DNA of 64,000 nt from Paludibacteraceae bacterium. Lineage in GTDB: Bacteria; Bacteroidota; Bacteroidia; Bacteroidales; Paludibacteraceae. Position numbers and translations under genes: made by a program. The stretch covers positions 22,655 to 86,654 of the forward strand of contig JAKSNK010000006.1 of assembly GCA_024399835.1 (NCBI GenBank). The letters are read 5' to 3'. Positions 36,233 to 44,826 of this stretch are shown here, piece by piece. Position 1 is the stretch's first letter. Each line of letters opens with the position of its first letter. Below the pieces are notes generated by a model, which had not been told where the DNA came from, did not search any database, and saw nothing but the letters and a program-made list of their open reading frames with translations.

Positions 36233-36576
36233 AAAAACACATTAAAATCGTAGCGACCATGGTCGCTCTATGTGGTGCCGTCTGCTCTATGCACGGTGTC
36301 ATCGTCAGCAGTCAGCAAGGAACTGCTTTTTCGGTCAAGAAAGACACTTTGATTAACGAGGACAGTGCTATCGTGATTACCACGATCTGCTCGCCTATCT
36401 GCTCGTCCGTCGCGCGCGTGTACGCTATTGATAAGGAGAGCGAACAACCTTGGGTACTCGTTCGCACCATCAAGTCACCCGATCCCAAAATGACTTTCCC
36501 GGAAGCGTACTTTGAACATCGCGAACTCAAATGGCGTGACAACTCGTCGCAACTGTTAGACGAAGAGGGGAAATGA
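36229..36576 (+). CDS. hypothetical secreted protein
   Basis: 115-aa ORF with signal peptide; ATGA overlaps on both sides (ispF stop, aroK start); no recognised family. Confidence 0.5.
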   Translation: MKKHIKIVATMVALCGAVCSMHGVIVSSQQGTAFSVKKDTLINEDSAIVITTICSPICSSVARVYAIDKESEQPWVLVRTIKSPDPKMTFPEAYFEHRELKWRDNSSQLLDEEGK

Positions 36577-37121
36577 TTTGTCCTATCTATTTAGTGGGAT
36601 ATATGGCAGCCGGTAAATCGACTGTCGGGCGGTTGCTTGCCGATATGCTCGGTTGGCACTTTGTGGACCTCGATGACGCTTTCCTGCAGATTCACGGCTA
36701 CACAACGGCAGAATATATCCGCCAATTCGGCATAGACGATTTCCGACGCAAGGAGAAATATGTGCTCGAAGATATTGCCGACATGTCCCCCTACGAGCAA
36801 GTCGTTTACGCTACGGGGGGTGGTTATCCCTGCTACGAAGACAATATGGAGTGCCTCAAGGAGTTAGGCACATCCGTCTATCTCCGCTGGAATGCCGAGG
36901 ACTTGGTCAGCCGCCTTATGCTGACCGATTTGAGCCAACGGCCTGTGCTGCAAGGGCGAACCAAAGACGAACTGCTGACCTTTGTGCAACCGCAATTGGA
37001 AGCGCGCGAACCCTTTTATGCACAAGCGGACTATATAATAGAAGCCCCGGGATTCATTCCCGAGGCAGACCAATTAATTGCTGAACAAATATGTCAATTG
37101 CTGAAACTCAAGACGAAATAA
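36573..37121 (+). CDS. aroK: shikimate kinase
   Basis: 182-aa ORF; Walker A GYMAAGKST, DLD, GGG motifs. Confidence 0.9.
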   Translation: MICPIYLVGYMAAGKSTVGRLLADMLGWHFVDLDDAFLQIHGYTTAEYIRQFGIDDFRRKEKYVLEDIADMSPYEQVVYATGGGYPCYEDNMECLKELGTSVYLRWNAEDLVSRLMLTDLSQRPVLQGRTKDELLTFVQPQLEAREPFYAQADYIIEAPGFIPEADQLIAEQICQLLKLKTK

Positions 37122-37555
37122 TCGAGGAATTTGCCTCGTTTGATGACTGGATGGACCGCTATTCGCTGTTGATTGAATACGGCAACGGGTTAGAACCTCT
37201 CCCTGAAGCAGATAAAACCGACAAAAACCTGATTGACGGCTGCCAGTCCAAAGTGTGGTTTACCTGTGAACTCGTTCAGTCTGACCAACCGGCTCAACCC
37301 GTTAAACTAGCTCAACCTGCTCAACCCGTTGTTGTCTACCACGGCGATAGCGATGCTATCTTGGTCAAAGGTATTGTAGCGTTGCTCATTCGTGTGCTGA
37401 GCGGACATACGCCGCAAGAGATTGTAGATGCCGATTTGCATTTTATTGACGATATCCAACTGCGTGAGCACCTCTCCCCCACCCGTACCAACGGACTCAA
37501 CGCCATGCTCCGGCAAATGCGCCTTTTTGCACTTACCTATACACAGAAAAAGTAA
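37091..37555 (+). CDS. sufE: SufE-family sulfur acceptor protein
   Basis: 154-aa ORF; GCQSKVW active-site Cys motif, GDSDA.LVKG, LSPTR.NG motifs. Confidence 0.85.
   Translation: MSIAETQDEIIEEFASFDDWMDRYSLLIEYGNGLEPLPEADKTDKNLIDGCQSKVWFTCELVQSDQPAQPVKLAQPAQPVVVYHGDSDAILVKGIVALLIRVLSGHTPQEIVDADLHFIDDIQLREHLSPTRTNGLNAMLRQMRLFALTYTQKK
37292..37330 (+). repeat. short coding repeat GCTCAACC(C/T)G x3 in sufE
   Basis: Copies at 37292, 37310 and 37319; encodes PAQPVKLAQPAQPV. Confidence 0.85.
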
Positions 37556-37559
37556 GAGA

Positions 37560-38225
37560 TTATTTCTTGCCGATACGGTTGACACAGAATATGGTCAGTC
37601 CTACAGCGACGGCACTGATGGCGACCAGAAAACCTACATCACGGATATCCAACACGCCACGGCTGATACTGCGATAGTGGTCTTGTATTGTGAGCCAATA
37701 CATACTGAAGCACATCACAACGCCCAATATATATGCTACTATCTGACTGCCAGTAAAACTTGCCATCAGTATGCCCAACGCCGTAAAAGTCATACTAATC
37801 AGCATCAAGCCAATCATACTCCCGGCAAACTGACCGCCGTCCACATTGCCAACCGGCTCTGCCAACTGACCCACCACTACATAATGCACGATACACGGCA
37901 CAATCGCCAACAGCGTCAGCAACCATGCTGCCAAGTATTTGTGCACAACCATTTTCCATACATTTATTTTCTTGGCGCGTAGCAAGTCCCACATACCCGA
38001 TTGCCTCTCTTCGGCAAACAGACGCATCGTGAGCGCAGGACAAAGCAACATCATCAGCCACGGACTCATCTCAAACATGCCACGCAAGTCGGCATAACCG
38101 CTGTCGATGATGTTCCACTCTCCGGGAATGACCCACAGCATCAAACTGACTGCCAACAGATACAACCCGATTACGATATACGCAATGGGCGTTGTAAAAT
38201 AGTATGTTAACTCTTTTCGGAACAC
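37560..38225 (-). CDS. gldF: ABC-2 type transporter permease, GldF-like
   Basis: 221-aa polytopic ORF; N-terminal KELTYYF.TPIAYIVIG and C-terminal SISRGVLDIRDVGF closely resemble GldF as remembered from Flavobacterium. Confidence 0.65.
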   Translation of the reverse strand: MFRKELTYYFTTPIAYIVIGLYLLAVSLMLWVIPGEWNIIDSGYADLRGMFEMSPWLMMLLCPALTMRLFAEERQSGMWDLLRAKKINVWKMVVHKYLAAWLLTLLAIVPCIVHYVVVGQLAEPVGNVDGGQFAGSMIGLMLISMTFTALGILMASFTGSQIVAYILGVVMCFSMYWLTIQDHYRSISRGVLDIRDVGFLVAISAVAVGLTIFCVNRIGKK

Positions 38226-38254
38226 TCTGAGAATTATGAATTAAGAATTTAGAG

Positions 38255-39532
38255 TTAGTCCTTTACGGGTGTTTTGGGGAACATTATCCAGAAAGCCGCC
38301 GCTACCACCAACGCAAATCCCGCGAAAATGAACCACGACATTCTCCAGCCGTTCCACAACTCCATCGGAGTAGCACCCATGGCTTGAGGGGTATAAACGA
38401 GTTTGTTGACCACCACTTGTGCCAACAGAGTGCCTATGGTCGCACCAAAGCCGTTGGTCATCATCACAAACAGCCCTTGTCCGCTGCTGCGCTGGGCAGG
38501 ATTGGTCTCTTGGTCCACATAGAGCGCACCGGATATATTGAAAAAGTCAAACGCAAATCCGTACACGATACAACTCAGCACGAACAGCAGCACACCCGGG
38601 AAACCAGGATTACCTAAGCCGAAGAAACCGAAACGGAGCACCCACGCTATCATTGCCATAAACATGACATTCTTGATACCGAACTTCTTCAGGAAGAAAG
38701 GAATGGTCAATATACACAGTGCCTCGCATATCTGCGAAATGGAAATCAGTATGCCCGAGTGCTGCACGCCAAAAGTATTTGCAAACTCCTCAAAAGCGGC
38801 GAATGAGCCCAAGAACGGATTAGCATACCCGTTCGTCACTTGCAGACACATTCCCAACAACATTGAGAAGATAAAGAACAGCGCCATTTTCTTCTCTTTG
38901 AACAGCGCAAACGCCTTCAGTCCGAGGGCATCGGCAACGGATTGGTTGCCGCCTTCGTTCTTTATTTCGCACTTAGGCAAACTCAACGCATAGAGTGCCA
39001 GCACAATACTCAAACCGCCGCTAATCACAAACTGGGCAGGCGTATCCATTGCGCCGACTATATCTACTATCCACATAGTTACAATAAAACCGACCGTACC
39101 AAATACGCGAATGGGCGGGAAGTCCTTAACGGTGTCCATATCGGCTTTGATGAGCGCGTTAAAAGCCACCGAATTGGTGAGTGCCAAGGTGGGCATAAAG
39201 AATCCCACGGAAGCGGTATATAGGGTAAACAACGGTGCCAACTGCACACCTTCGCCTGCACGGAAAGCATAGAGACCTGCCGCAGCCATGAAGATTCCGG
39301 CTAACCCGTGACACAACGAGAGCACTTTCTGTGCTTGCATCCATCGGTCTGCCACAATGCCCATGATTGCAGGCATGAACAAACTCACTATACCCTGTAT
39401 CGAATAGAACCAGCCGATACTCGGACCAAAGCCATGGGCACCCAAATAGCGACCCATAGAGGTTAAATACGCTCCCCAAACGGCAAATTCGAGGAAGTTC
39501 ATGACAATTAGCCGAAGTTTAACATTTTTCAT
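38255..39532 (-). CDS. nucleoside permease (NupG/XapB-type MFS)
   Basis: 425-aa ORF; N-terminus LRLIVMNFLEFAVWGAYLTS typical of the NupG family. Confidence 0.85.
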   Translation of the reverse strand: MKNVKLRLIVMNFLEFAVWGAYLTSMGRYLGAHGFGPSIGWFYSIQGIVSLFMPAIMGIVADRWMQAQKVLSLCHGLAGIFMAAAGLYAFRAGEGVQLAPLFTLYTASVGFFMPTLALTNSVAFNALIKADMDTVKDFPPIRVFGTVGFIVTMWIVDIVGAMDTPAQFVISGGLSIVLALYALSLPKCEIKNEGGNQSVADALGLKAFALFKEKKMALFFIFSMLLGMCLQVTNGYANPFLGSFAAFEEFANTFGVQHSGILISISQICEALCILTIPFFLKKFGIKNVMFMAMIAWVLRFGFFGLGNPGFPGVLLFVLSCIVYGFAFDFFNISGALYVDQETNPAQRSSGQGLFVMMTNGFGATIGTLLAQVVVNKLVYTPQAMGATPMELWNGWRMSWFIFAGFALVVAAAFWIMFPKTPVKD

Positions 39533-39534
39533 AA

Positions 39535-41082
39535 CTAAAACTCACTTGTAAAATGGAACCGTATATATTGATAGTCGTTTTGTGCCATGTTGAGGATGTA
39601 GGCGCTGTCTGCCATAAACACATCTCTGCCCTCTTTGTCGGTCGCCATATATTGTGCTTTGCGAGACTTGAACACGCGCATTTCTTCTTCATCCACGGGG
39701 TTGCCCGGTTCAGCAGGTGCTATCCAGCACGCCTTGTACATTGCCATGTTCTCCCAGCGGCACTTGGCGTTGTACTCGTGTTCGAGGCGGTACTGAATAA
39801 CCTCAAACTGCAACTGTCCCACCGTACCTATTATCTTGCGCCCGTTGAGTTGGCTGGTGAATAACTGTGCTACGCCTTCGTCCATGAGTTGGTGAACGCC
39901 TTTGTCCAACTGTTTTTGCTTCATGGGATCGGCGTTCTCTATGTATTTGAACATCTCCGGCGAGAAGGACGGCAGTCCCTTGAAGTGCAAGTTCTCGCCT
40001 GCGGTGAGTGTGTCGCCTATCTTGAAGTTCCCCGTGTCGGGCAGTCCGACTATATCGCCGGCAAACGCCTCATCGACCGTCTCTTTCTTTTGTGCCATGA
40101 AACAAGTCGGGGCAGAGAAACGCATTTGCTGGTCTTTGCGCACATGCTTGTAATAGACATTGCGTTCGAACCGTCCGCTGCATATCTTGAAGAAAGCGAT
40201 ACAACTGCGGTGATTGGGGTCCATGTTGGCATGTATCTTAAAGCAGAAACCCGTAAAGTTCTCCTCCATCGGATCTACTCTGCGCTCGATGGCGTCAATG
40301 GGACGAGGCGAAGGGGCGTTCTCCACGAAGAAGTCCAACAGCTCCTGCACGCCAACGGTCTTGTATGCGCTGCCGAAGAAGACGGGAGCCAAATCGCCTG
40401 CCAAATAGGCATCTTTGTCAAATTCGGGATAAATGGAAATCAGGTCTTTGTTTTCATCCGACAAGAATCTCTCGGCGCCGGCGGTCTGATTTCCTACAGC
40501 GTAGCGGTCAAACAGCGCAGCGGTCGTGAATTTGGCTCCTTGTCCGTCGGTCCAGCTAACAGGCGTAACCGTTATGCCCAGTTCCTGCTCCACTTCGTCC
40601 ATCAGGTCAAAGGGGTCTTTGCCCTCGCGGTCCATTTTGTTCATAAAGACCATGACGGGCGTTTTGCGCGTGCGGCACACTTCCATCAGCCGGCGTGTCT
40701 GTGTCTCTACGCCCTTGGCGCTGTCTATGACGATGATAACGCTGTCCACAGCCGTCAGCGTACGGAATGTATCTTCGGCGAAGTCCTGGTGACCGGGGGT
40801 ATCAAGGATATTGATATGATAGATTGTGGAATTGTCGCCCCCGGATGATTTCCGGTAGTCAAATCCCATAACCGAAGTAGCAACGGATATGCCACGCTGT
40901 TTTTCTATTTCCATCCAGTCGCTGGTAGCGGTCTTTTTTATCTTGTTGGACTTGACGGCTCCTGCCACATGAATAGCGCCTCCGTAGAGAAGCAGTTTTT
41001 CCGTCAATGTCGTCTTACCTGCATCGGGGTGACTGATGATGGCGAAGGTGCGGCGTTTTAGTATTTCCTCTTTGTAATCCAT
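39535..41082 (-). CDS. prfC: peptide chain release factor 3
   Basis: 515-aa ORF; RRTFAIISHPDAGKTTLTEKLLL.GGAI, DTPGH.DF, NK.D GTPase motifs. Confidence 0.95.
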   Translation of the reverse strand: MDYKEEILKRRTFAIISHPDAGKTTLTEKLLLYGGAIHVAGAVKSNKIKKTATSDWMEIEKQRGISVATSVMGFDYRKSSGGDNSTIYHINILDTPGHQDFAEDTFRTLTAVDSVIIVIDSAKGVETQTRRLMEVCRTRKTPVMVFMNKMDREGKDPFDLMDEVEQELGITVTPVSWTDGQGAKFTTAALFDRYAVGNQTAGAERFLSDENKDLISIYPEFDKDAYLAGDLAPVFFGSAYKTVGVQELLDFFVENAPSPRPIDAIERRVDPMEENFTGFCFKIHANMDPNHRSCIAFFKICSGRFERNVYYKHVRKDQQMRFSAPTCFMAQKKETVDEAFAGDIVGLPDTGNFKIGDTLTAGENLHFKGLPSFSPEMFKYIENADPMKQKQLDKGVHQLMDEGVAQLFTSQLNGRKIIGTVGQLQFEVIQYRLEHEYNAKCRWENMAMYKACWIAPAEPGNPVDEEEMRVFKSRKAQYMATDKEGRDVFMADSAYILNMAQNDYQYIRFHFTSEF

Positions 41083-41091
41083 ACAGCGCTA

Positions 41092-43629
41092 TTATCTGAG
41101 TTTGGCACCAAATTTCTCCTCAAAGGTCTTTTGCAGACGGCTCATGATGTTTTCTATCTGTTTGTCTTTTAGGGTATCGTCTTTGTCCTGCAGGATAAAC
41201 CTCAAAGCATAACTCTTCTTGCCTTCTTCGAGGTTCTTGCCTTCATAGACATCAAATAGCGACACACCTTTCAGCAACTTGCGCTCAACCTCTTTAGCGG
41301 CTTTCTCCAAGTCGGCAAAGAGGATGTTCTTGTCCACCAGCAGCGCGAAGTCGCGTTCCACTTCGGGGTACTTGGGCAGGTCTTCTATTACGGGTTTGTA
41401 CTGCTTGTTGGCTTTTATCAGCTGGCCCCAATAGAGGTCGGCGTAATAGACGGGCATGTCGATGTCAAACTGTTTGCACAACTTGCCGTCCACGATAGCC
41501 ATGTAGCCGAGTATAACGCCATTGGGCTGCTTGATAACCAGTCCGTCACTAAAGCACTTGACGATACCGCAACAGGTCTCTTTTTCGGGCATTACGGCGG
41601 GCTCTAACACCAACTTGCCGACAGCGACACCCAAACGGCGAAGGATATTGTTCACATACGCGTGCAGTTGATAGAAGGACACCTGTTCGCTTTTCCCTAC
41701 CCAACTCATCGGATTCTTGTTTCCCGTCAGCCATAAGCCCAAATGCTGCTCCTCATTATATTGCTGAATCGGTTCTTCGGCTGCCGCATTGGCAGCGAAG
41801 TGATAACAATGTCCGAATTCATAGAGTTTCAGGTCGCCATTCTTGCGGTTCACATTGCGTTGTATGCTTTCCAAGCCACCGAACAGCAAAGTTTGGCGCA
41901 TTACGCCCAAGTCTTGACTCAACGGGTTCATTATCTTGACGCACGAGTTCAGCCATTCGTCTTTGTAGTAACTTACTTTAGTCAAACTGTTGTTCAGTAT
42001 TTCGTTAAATCCCTGTGCGGTCAGTTGTTCGCTCACTTTGACCTGCAATTTGACGGGGTCCGGCTTGAGACCGTAACACAAGCCCGTATTCAGTTTGGCG
42101 GGAAATTCGATATTGTTGTATCCGTAGATACGCAGTATATCCTCCACGATGTCGCAGGGGCGCTGTACATCCACGCGATAAGGCGGTACTACCACTTTCC
42201 AACCGCCGTCGATAGCGGTGTATTGCATTTCCAGCGCGCCCATGATGGTCTCTATGGTGTCGTGCCCGATGGCTTTGCCTATCAGGTTGTTCACATACTC
42301 CTCTTTCAACTCCACCTCAAATCCGGGAAATACATCACCGTCCTTTGCCAACCGACTCCCCGATTCACCGATTCCCCGATTTACCGATTCATCTACCACC
42401 TCCATGGCTATCTCTCCGCCTGCCACCTCTTGGATAAGCAAGGCGCAGCGTTGCAGTACATAGAGGGTATTGTTGGGGTCGCAACCGCGCTCGTAGCGGA
42501 ACGAAGCGTCCGTGCTGAGTTGGTGACGGCGAGCCGTCTTGCGGATGCAAACGGGGTCAAAGTACGCACTCTCCAGGAATATATTCGTCGTCTCGGCGGT
42601 CACGCCGCTGTCTTTGCCTCCGAAAACGCCGGCTATGCACATCGGCTCGGAGGCATTCCATATCATCAGGTCGGCGTCCGACATCGTATGTTCCACTCCG
42701 TCCAAAGTGACAAACTTGCTGCCGGCTACGGCGTTCTTTACCACCACTTGGCGACCGGCTATCTTGTCGGCGTCAAAAGCGTGCAACGCTTGTCCCATCT
42801 CGTGCAGAACGAAGTTGGTAACATCCACTATGTTGTTAATGGGATGCAGTCCTATTGTCTGCAGGGCGGTCTTGAGCCAAGCGGGCGACTCGCCTACTTT
42901 CACACCGCGGATGCTCACACCCGTATAACGGGGGCAGGCACTGGTGTTCTCCACTTTGACTTCGATAGGCAAGGCATGACTCTGCACTTTGAATGCCGAC
43001 ACATCGGGCTTGGTTAACTTAACCTCTAAACTCTCACCTCTCACCTCTAAACTCTTATAATGTGCGTATAAATCGCGTGCCACTCCGTAATGGCTGGCGC
43101 CGTCGCTGCGGTTGGGGGTTATATCTACTTCTATCAGAGTGTCGTCCTCGATGTGGTAATACTCGCGTGCCGGCATGCCGACGGGGGTATCTGCCGGAAG
43201 AACGATTATTCCGTCGTGACTGCTGCCTACGCCTATTTCGTCTTCGGCGCAGATCATGCCCAACGATTCTTCGCCGCGTATCTTGCCGCGTTTGATGGTG
43301 AAGCACTCGTCGCCCGAATAGAGTTTAGTGCCGATAGTGGCGACGATTACTTTTTGTCCTGCAGCCACATTGGGGGCGCCGCATACTATCTGTATAGGGT
43401 CTTCGTTGGGGGCAATGCGTGTAGTCGTAATGTGCAGGTGGTCGCTATTGGGATGAGGTATGCAGGTGATTACTTCGCCAACAACTAACCCTTCCAATCC
43501 GCCGCGGATAGATTCGACTTTTTCGACTGTTCCGACCTCCAACCCTATGCTGGTTAAGATTTTTGCTACTTGCTCGGCATCGTCTGTCAGATTGATGTAC
43601 CGTTTAAGCCATTTGTAGGATATATTCAT
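41092..43629 (-). CDS. pheT: phenylalanine--tRNA ligase beta subunit
   Basis: 845-aa ORF; MNISYKWLK N-terminus, tRNA-binding, B3/4, B5 and FDX-ACB-like C-terminus. Confidence 0.95.
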   Translation of the reverse strand: MNISYKWLKRYINLTDDAEQVAKILTSIGLEVGTVEKVESIRGGLEGLVVGEVITCIPHPNSDHLHITTTRIAPNEDPIQIVCGAPNVAAGQKVIVATIGTKLYSGDECFTIKRGKIRGEESLGMICAEDEIGVGSSHDGIIVLPADTPVGMPAREYYHIEDDTLIEVDITPNRSDGASHYGVARDLYAHYKSLEVRGESLEVKLTKPDVSAFKVQSHALPIEVKVENTSACPRYTGVSIRGVKVGESPAWLKTALQTIGLHPINNIVDVTNFVLHEMGQALHAFDADKIAGRQVVVKNAVAGSKFVTLDGVEHTMSDADLMIWNASEPMCIAGVFGGKDSGVTAETTNIFLESAYFDPVCIRKTARRHQLSTDASFRYERGCDPNNTLYVLQRCALLIQEVAGGEIAMEVVDESVNRGIGESGSRLAKDGDVFPGFEVELKEEYVNNLIGKAIGHDTIETIMGALEMQYTAIDGGWKVVVPPYRVDVQRPCDIVEDILRIYGYNNIEFPAKLNTGLCYGLKPDPVKLQVKVSEQLTAQGFNEILNNSLTKVSYYKDEWLNSCVKIMNPLSQDLGVMRQTLLFGGLESIQRNVNRKNGDLKLYEFGHCYHFAANAAAEEPIQQYNEEQHLGLWLTGNKNPMSWVGKSEQVSFYQLHAYVNNILRRLGVAVGKLVLEPAVMPEKETCCGIVKCFSDGLVIKQPNGVILGYMAIVDGKLCKQFDIDMPVYYADLYWGQLIKANKQYKPVIEDLPKYPEVERDFALLVDKNILFADLEKAAKEVERKLLKGVSLFDVYEGKNLEEGKKSYALRFILQDKDDTLKDKQIENIMSRLQKTFEEKFGAKLR
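42352..42391. repeat. 5 x 8-bp tandem repeat CCGAYTNN inside pheT
   Basis: CCGACTCC CCGATTCA CCGATTCC CCGATTTA CCGATTCA; encodes ESVNRGIGESGSRL on the minus strand. Confidence 0.9.
43023..43055. repeat. 21-bp tandem duplication (1.6 copies) inside pheT
   Basis: CCTCTAAACTCT at 43023 and 43044, with TCACCTC x2 between them; encodes SLEVRGESLEV. Confidence 0.9.
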
Positions 43630-43856
43630 AATCTTGAGTTATTTTTCCGATTTTCCAATTTAAACAGTTATTTTCTAATTTAAGCGCGAAGATACAAAAA
43701 ATTTTCGGCATATGCAAGTTTTACCGCCACTAAATAGATTTTTAATCTAAAAACAGGTGTTTTTGTACGACCTCAAAGGGGTCTTATCACTTTCTACAGC
43801 ACAGTCAAAAAAAAATGGGTATGTCCACAACGAAATCGGCATCAAGTATTTGTTAT

Positions 43857-43900
43857 GTACCATGTATGTACCGTATATGTACCGTATATGTACCGTAATA
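43857..43900. repeat. 4 x 11-bp tandem array GTACCGTATAT
   Basis: GTACCATGTAT GTACCGTATAT GTACCGTATAT GTACCGTAATA. Confidence 0.95.
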
Positions 43901-43988
43901 CTCACAGGAAAGACACGGCTAAATAATAGATAATAAAGAATAAATAAAGCATTGAACCGACGCCGAGGGGAGACGGATGGAATATTGA

Positions 43989-44107
43989 TGCACGGTTCAC
44001 GATGCACAATGCACGGTTGATTTTGTGGTGCATGGTTCACGATGATATAAAGTCAAAAGTAGAAAGGTGCGTCCGCGCACGCCGATATAAAGTCGAAAGT
44101 CGAAAGG
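43989..44107. repeat. duplicated bipartite module (16-bp TGCAYGGTTCACGATG plus 24-bp GATATAAAGTCRAAAGTNGAAAGG)
   Basis: 16-mers at 43989-44004 and 44029-44044 (15/16 identical), partial copy at 44010-44020; 24-mers at 44044-44067 and 44084-44107 (22/24 identical). Confidence 0.9.
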
Positions 44108-44229
44108 ACGATAACAACGGCGATGATATCGCCGAACAAGAAACAATGAGCAGAAGGATTGACTTTTCGAGGACTTGATATTTCGAGGAAGAGAAAGGAC
44201 AAAAGACACAAAGGACAAAGAACAAGGGT

Positions 44230-44457
44230 ATCCGCCACACATCTGCCACTTTTACATGCCACTCAAAGCAAGCGGTGGAAAAAGAGGATGTTTTGTAGCA
44301 GAACACACTAATAATCAGCAAAATATAGAAGATATCATCAACGAGTTGGAAAATTCATAGTGGCAGATGGCAGATACTTTTCTATAATATATCCTCGTGC
44401 GTACATAATGTATAATAAGTACAAAAATATCTGCCACTATCCGCCACTGCCGCCACT
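44230..44457. repeat. cluster of AT-C-Y-GCCAC motifs (about 7 copies, both orientations)
   Basis: ATCCGCCAC 44230, ATCTGCCAC 44241, inverted GTGGCAGATGGCAGAT 44360-44375, ATCTGCCAC 44429, ATCCGCCAC 44439, GCCGCCAC 44449. Confidence 0.85.
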
Positions 44458-44657
44458 CATTTTCCCTGTTTGCAACATAACATCAACATAACATGGTCGA
44501 TGGGTGGCAATACCATTAAGGAACTGATTTGCGTTAGCAGTCGGTTCCTATTTCTTAACTTTGTATATTGGGACGCCGCCTGATAAAAGGTGTTTGTATC
44601 TTCGGCACTCCCTTGCCAAAGGCAATTCCTCCGAATGGTAGTCCTCGTCTTTATTAA

Positions 44658-44804
44658 CATACGCAAATATTTAGGGCACAAGGTTGGCACCTTTGCATCA
44701 TCCGCTTTTGGGGCATTTCATTATATGCAAGCATCTATGAACCGCCAAAAAATCGTATGACCATAGATTAAAAATCTATTTTGTGCCCTAATTATTTGCG
44801 TATG
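44658..44804. repeat. 24-bp inverted repeat pair (23/24) separated by 99 bp
   Basis: CATACGCAAATATTTAGGGCACAA at 44658-44681 and TTGTGCCCTAATTATTTGCGTATG at 44781-44804; a third, direct partial copy TTGTGCCCTGAAATATTT at 44824-44841. Confidence 0.9.
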
Positions 44805-44826
44805 CCAAATTTTTGTTGTATATTTG
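44795..44826 (+). promoter_or_regulatory. sigma-A type promoter for the DUF349-ftsE-yfcE unit
   Basis: TTTG 44795-44798 (inside inverted-repeat arm 44781-44804), 20-nt spacer, TATATTTG 44819-44826. Confidence 0.55.

Noticed and set aside
44658-44804. Invertible promoter (inverton) flanked by 24-bp inverted repeats.
   Set aside because: No TAnnTTTG box lies inside the 99-bp segment in either orientation. The actual promoter lies on or outside the right arm. No tyrosine or serine recombinase gene is in the window. I downgraded it to an operator-like site, though a read-based inversion test is still listed.
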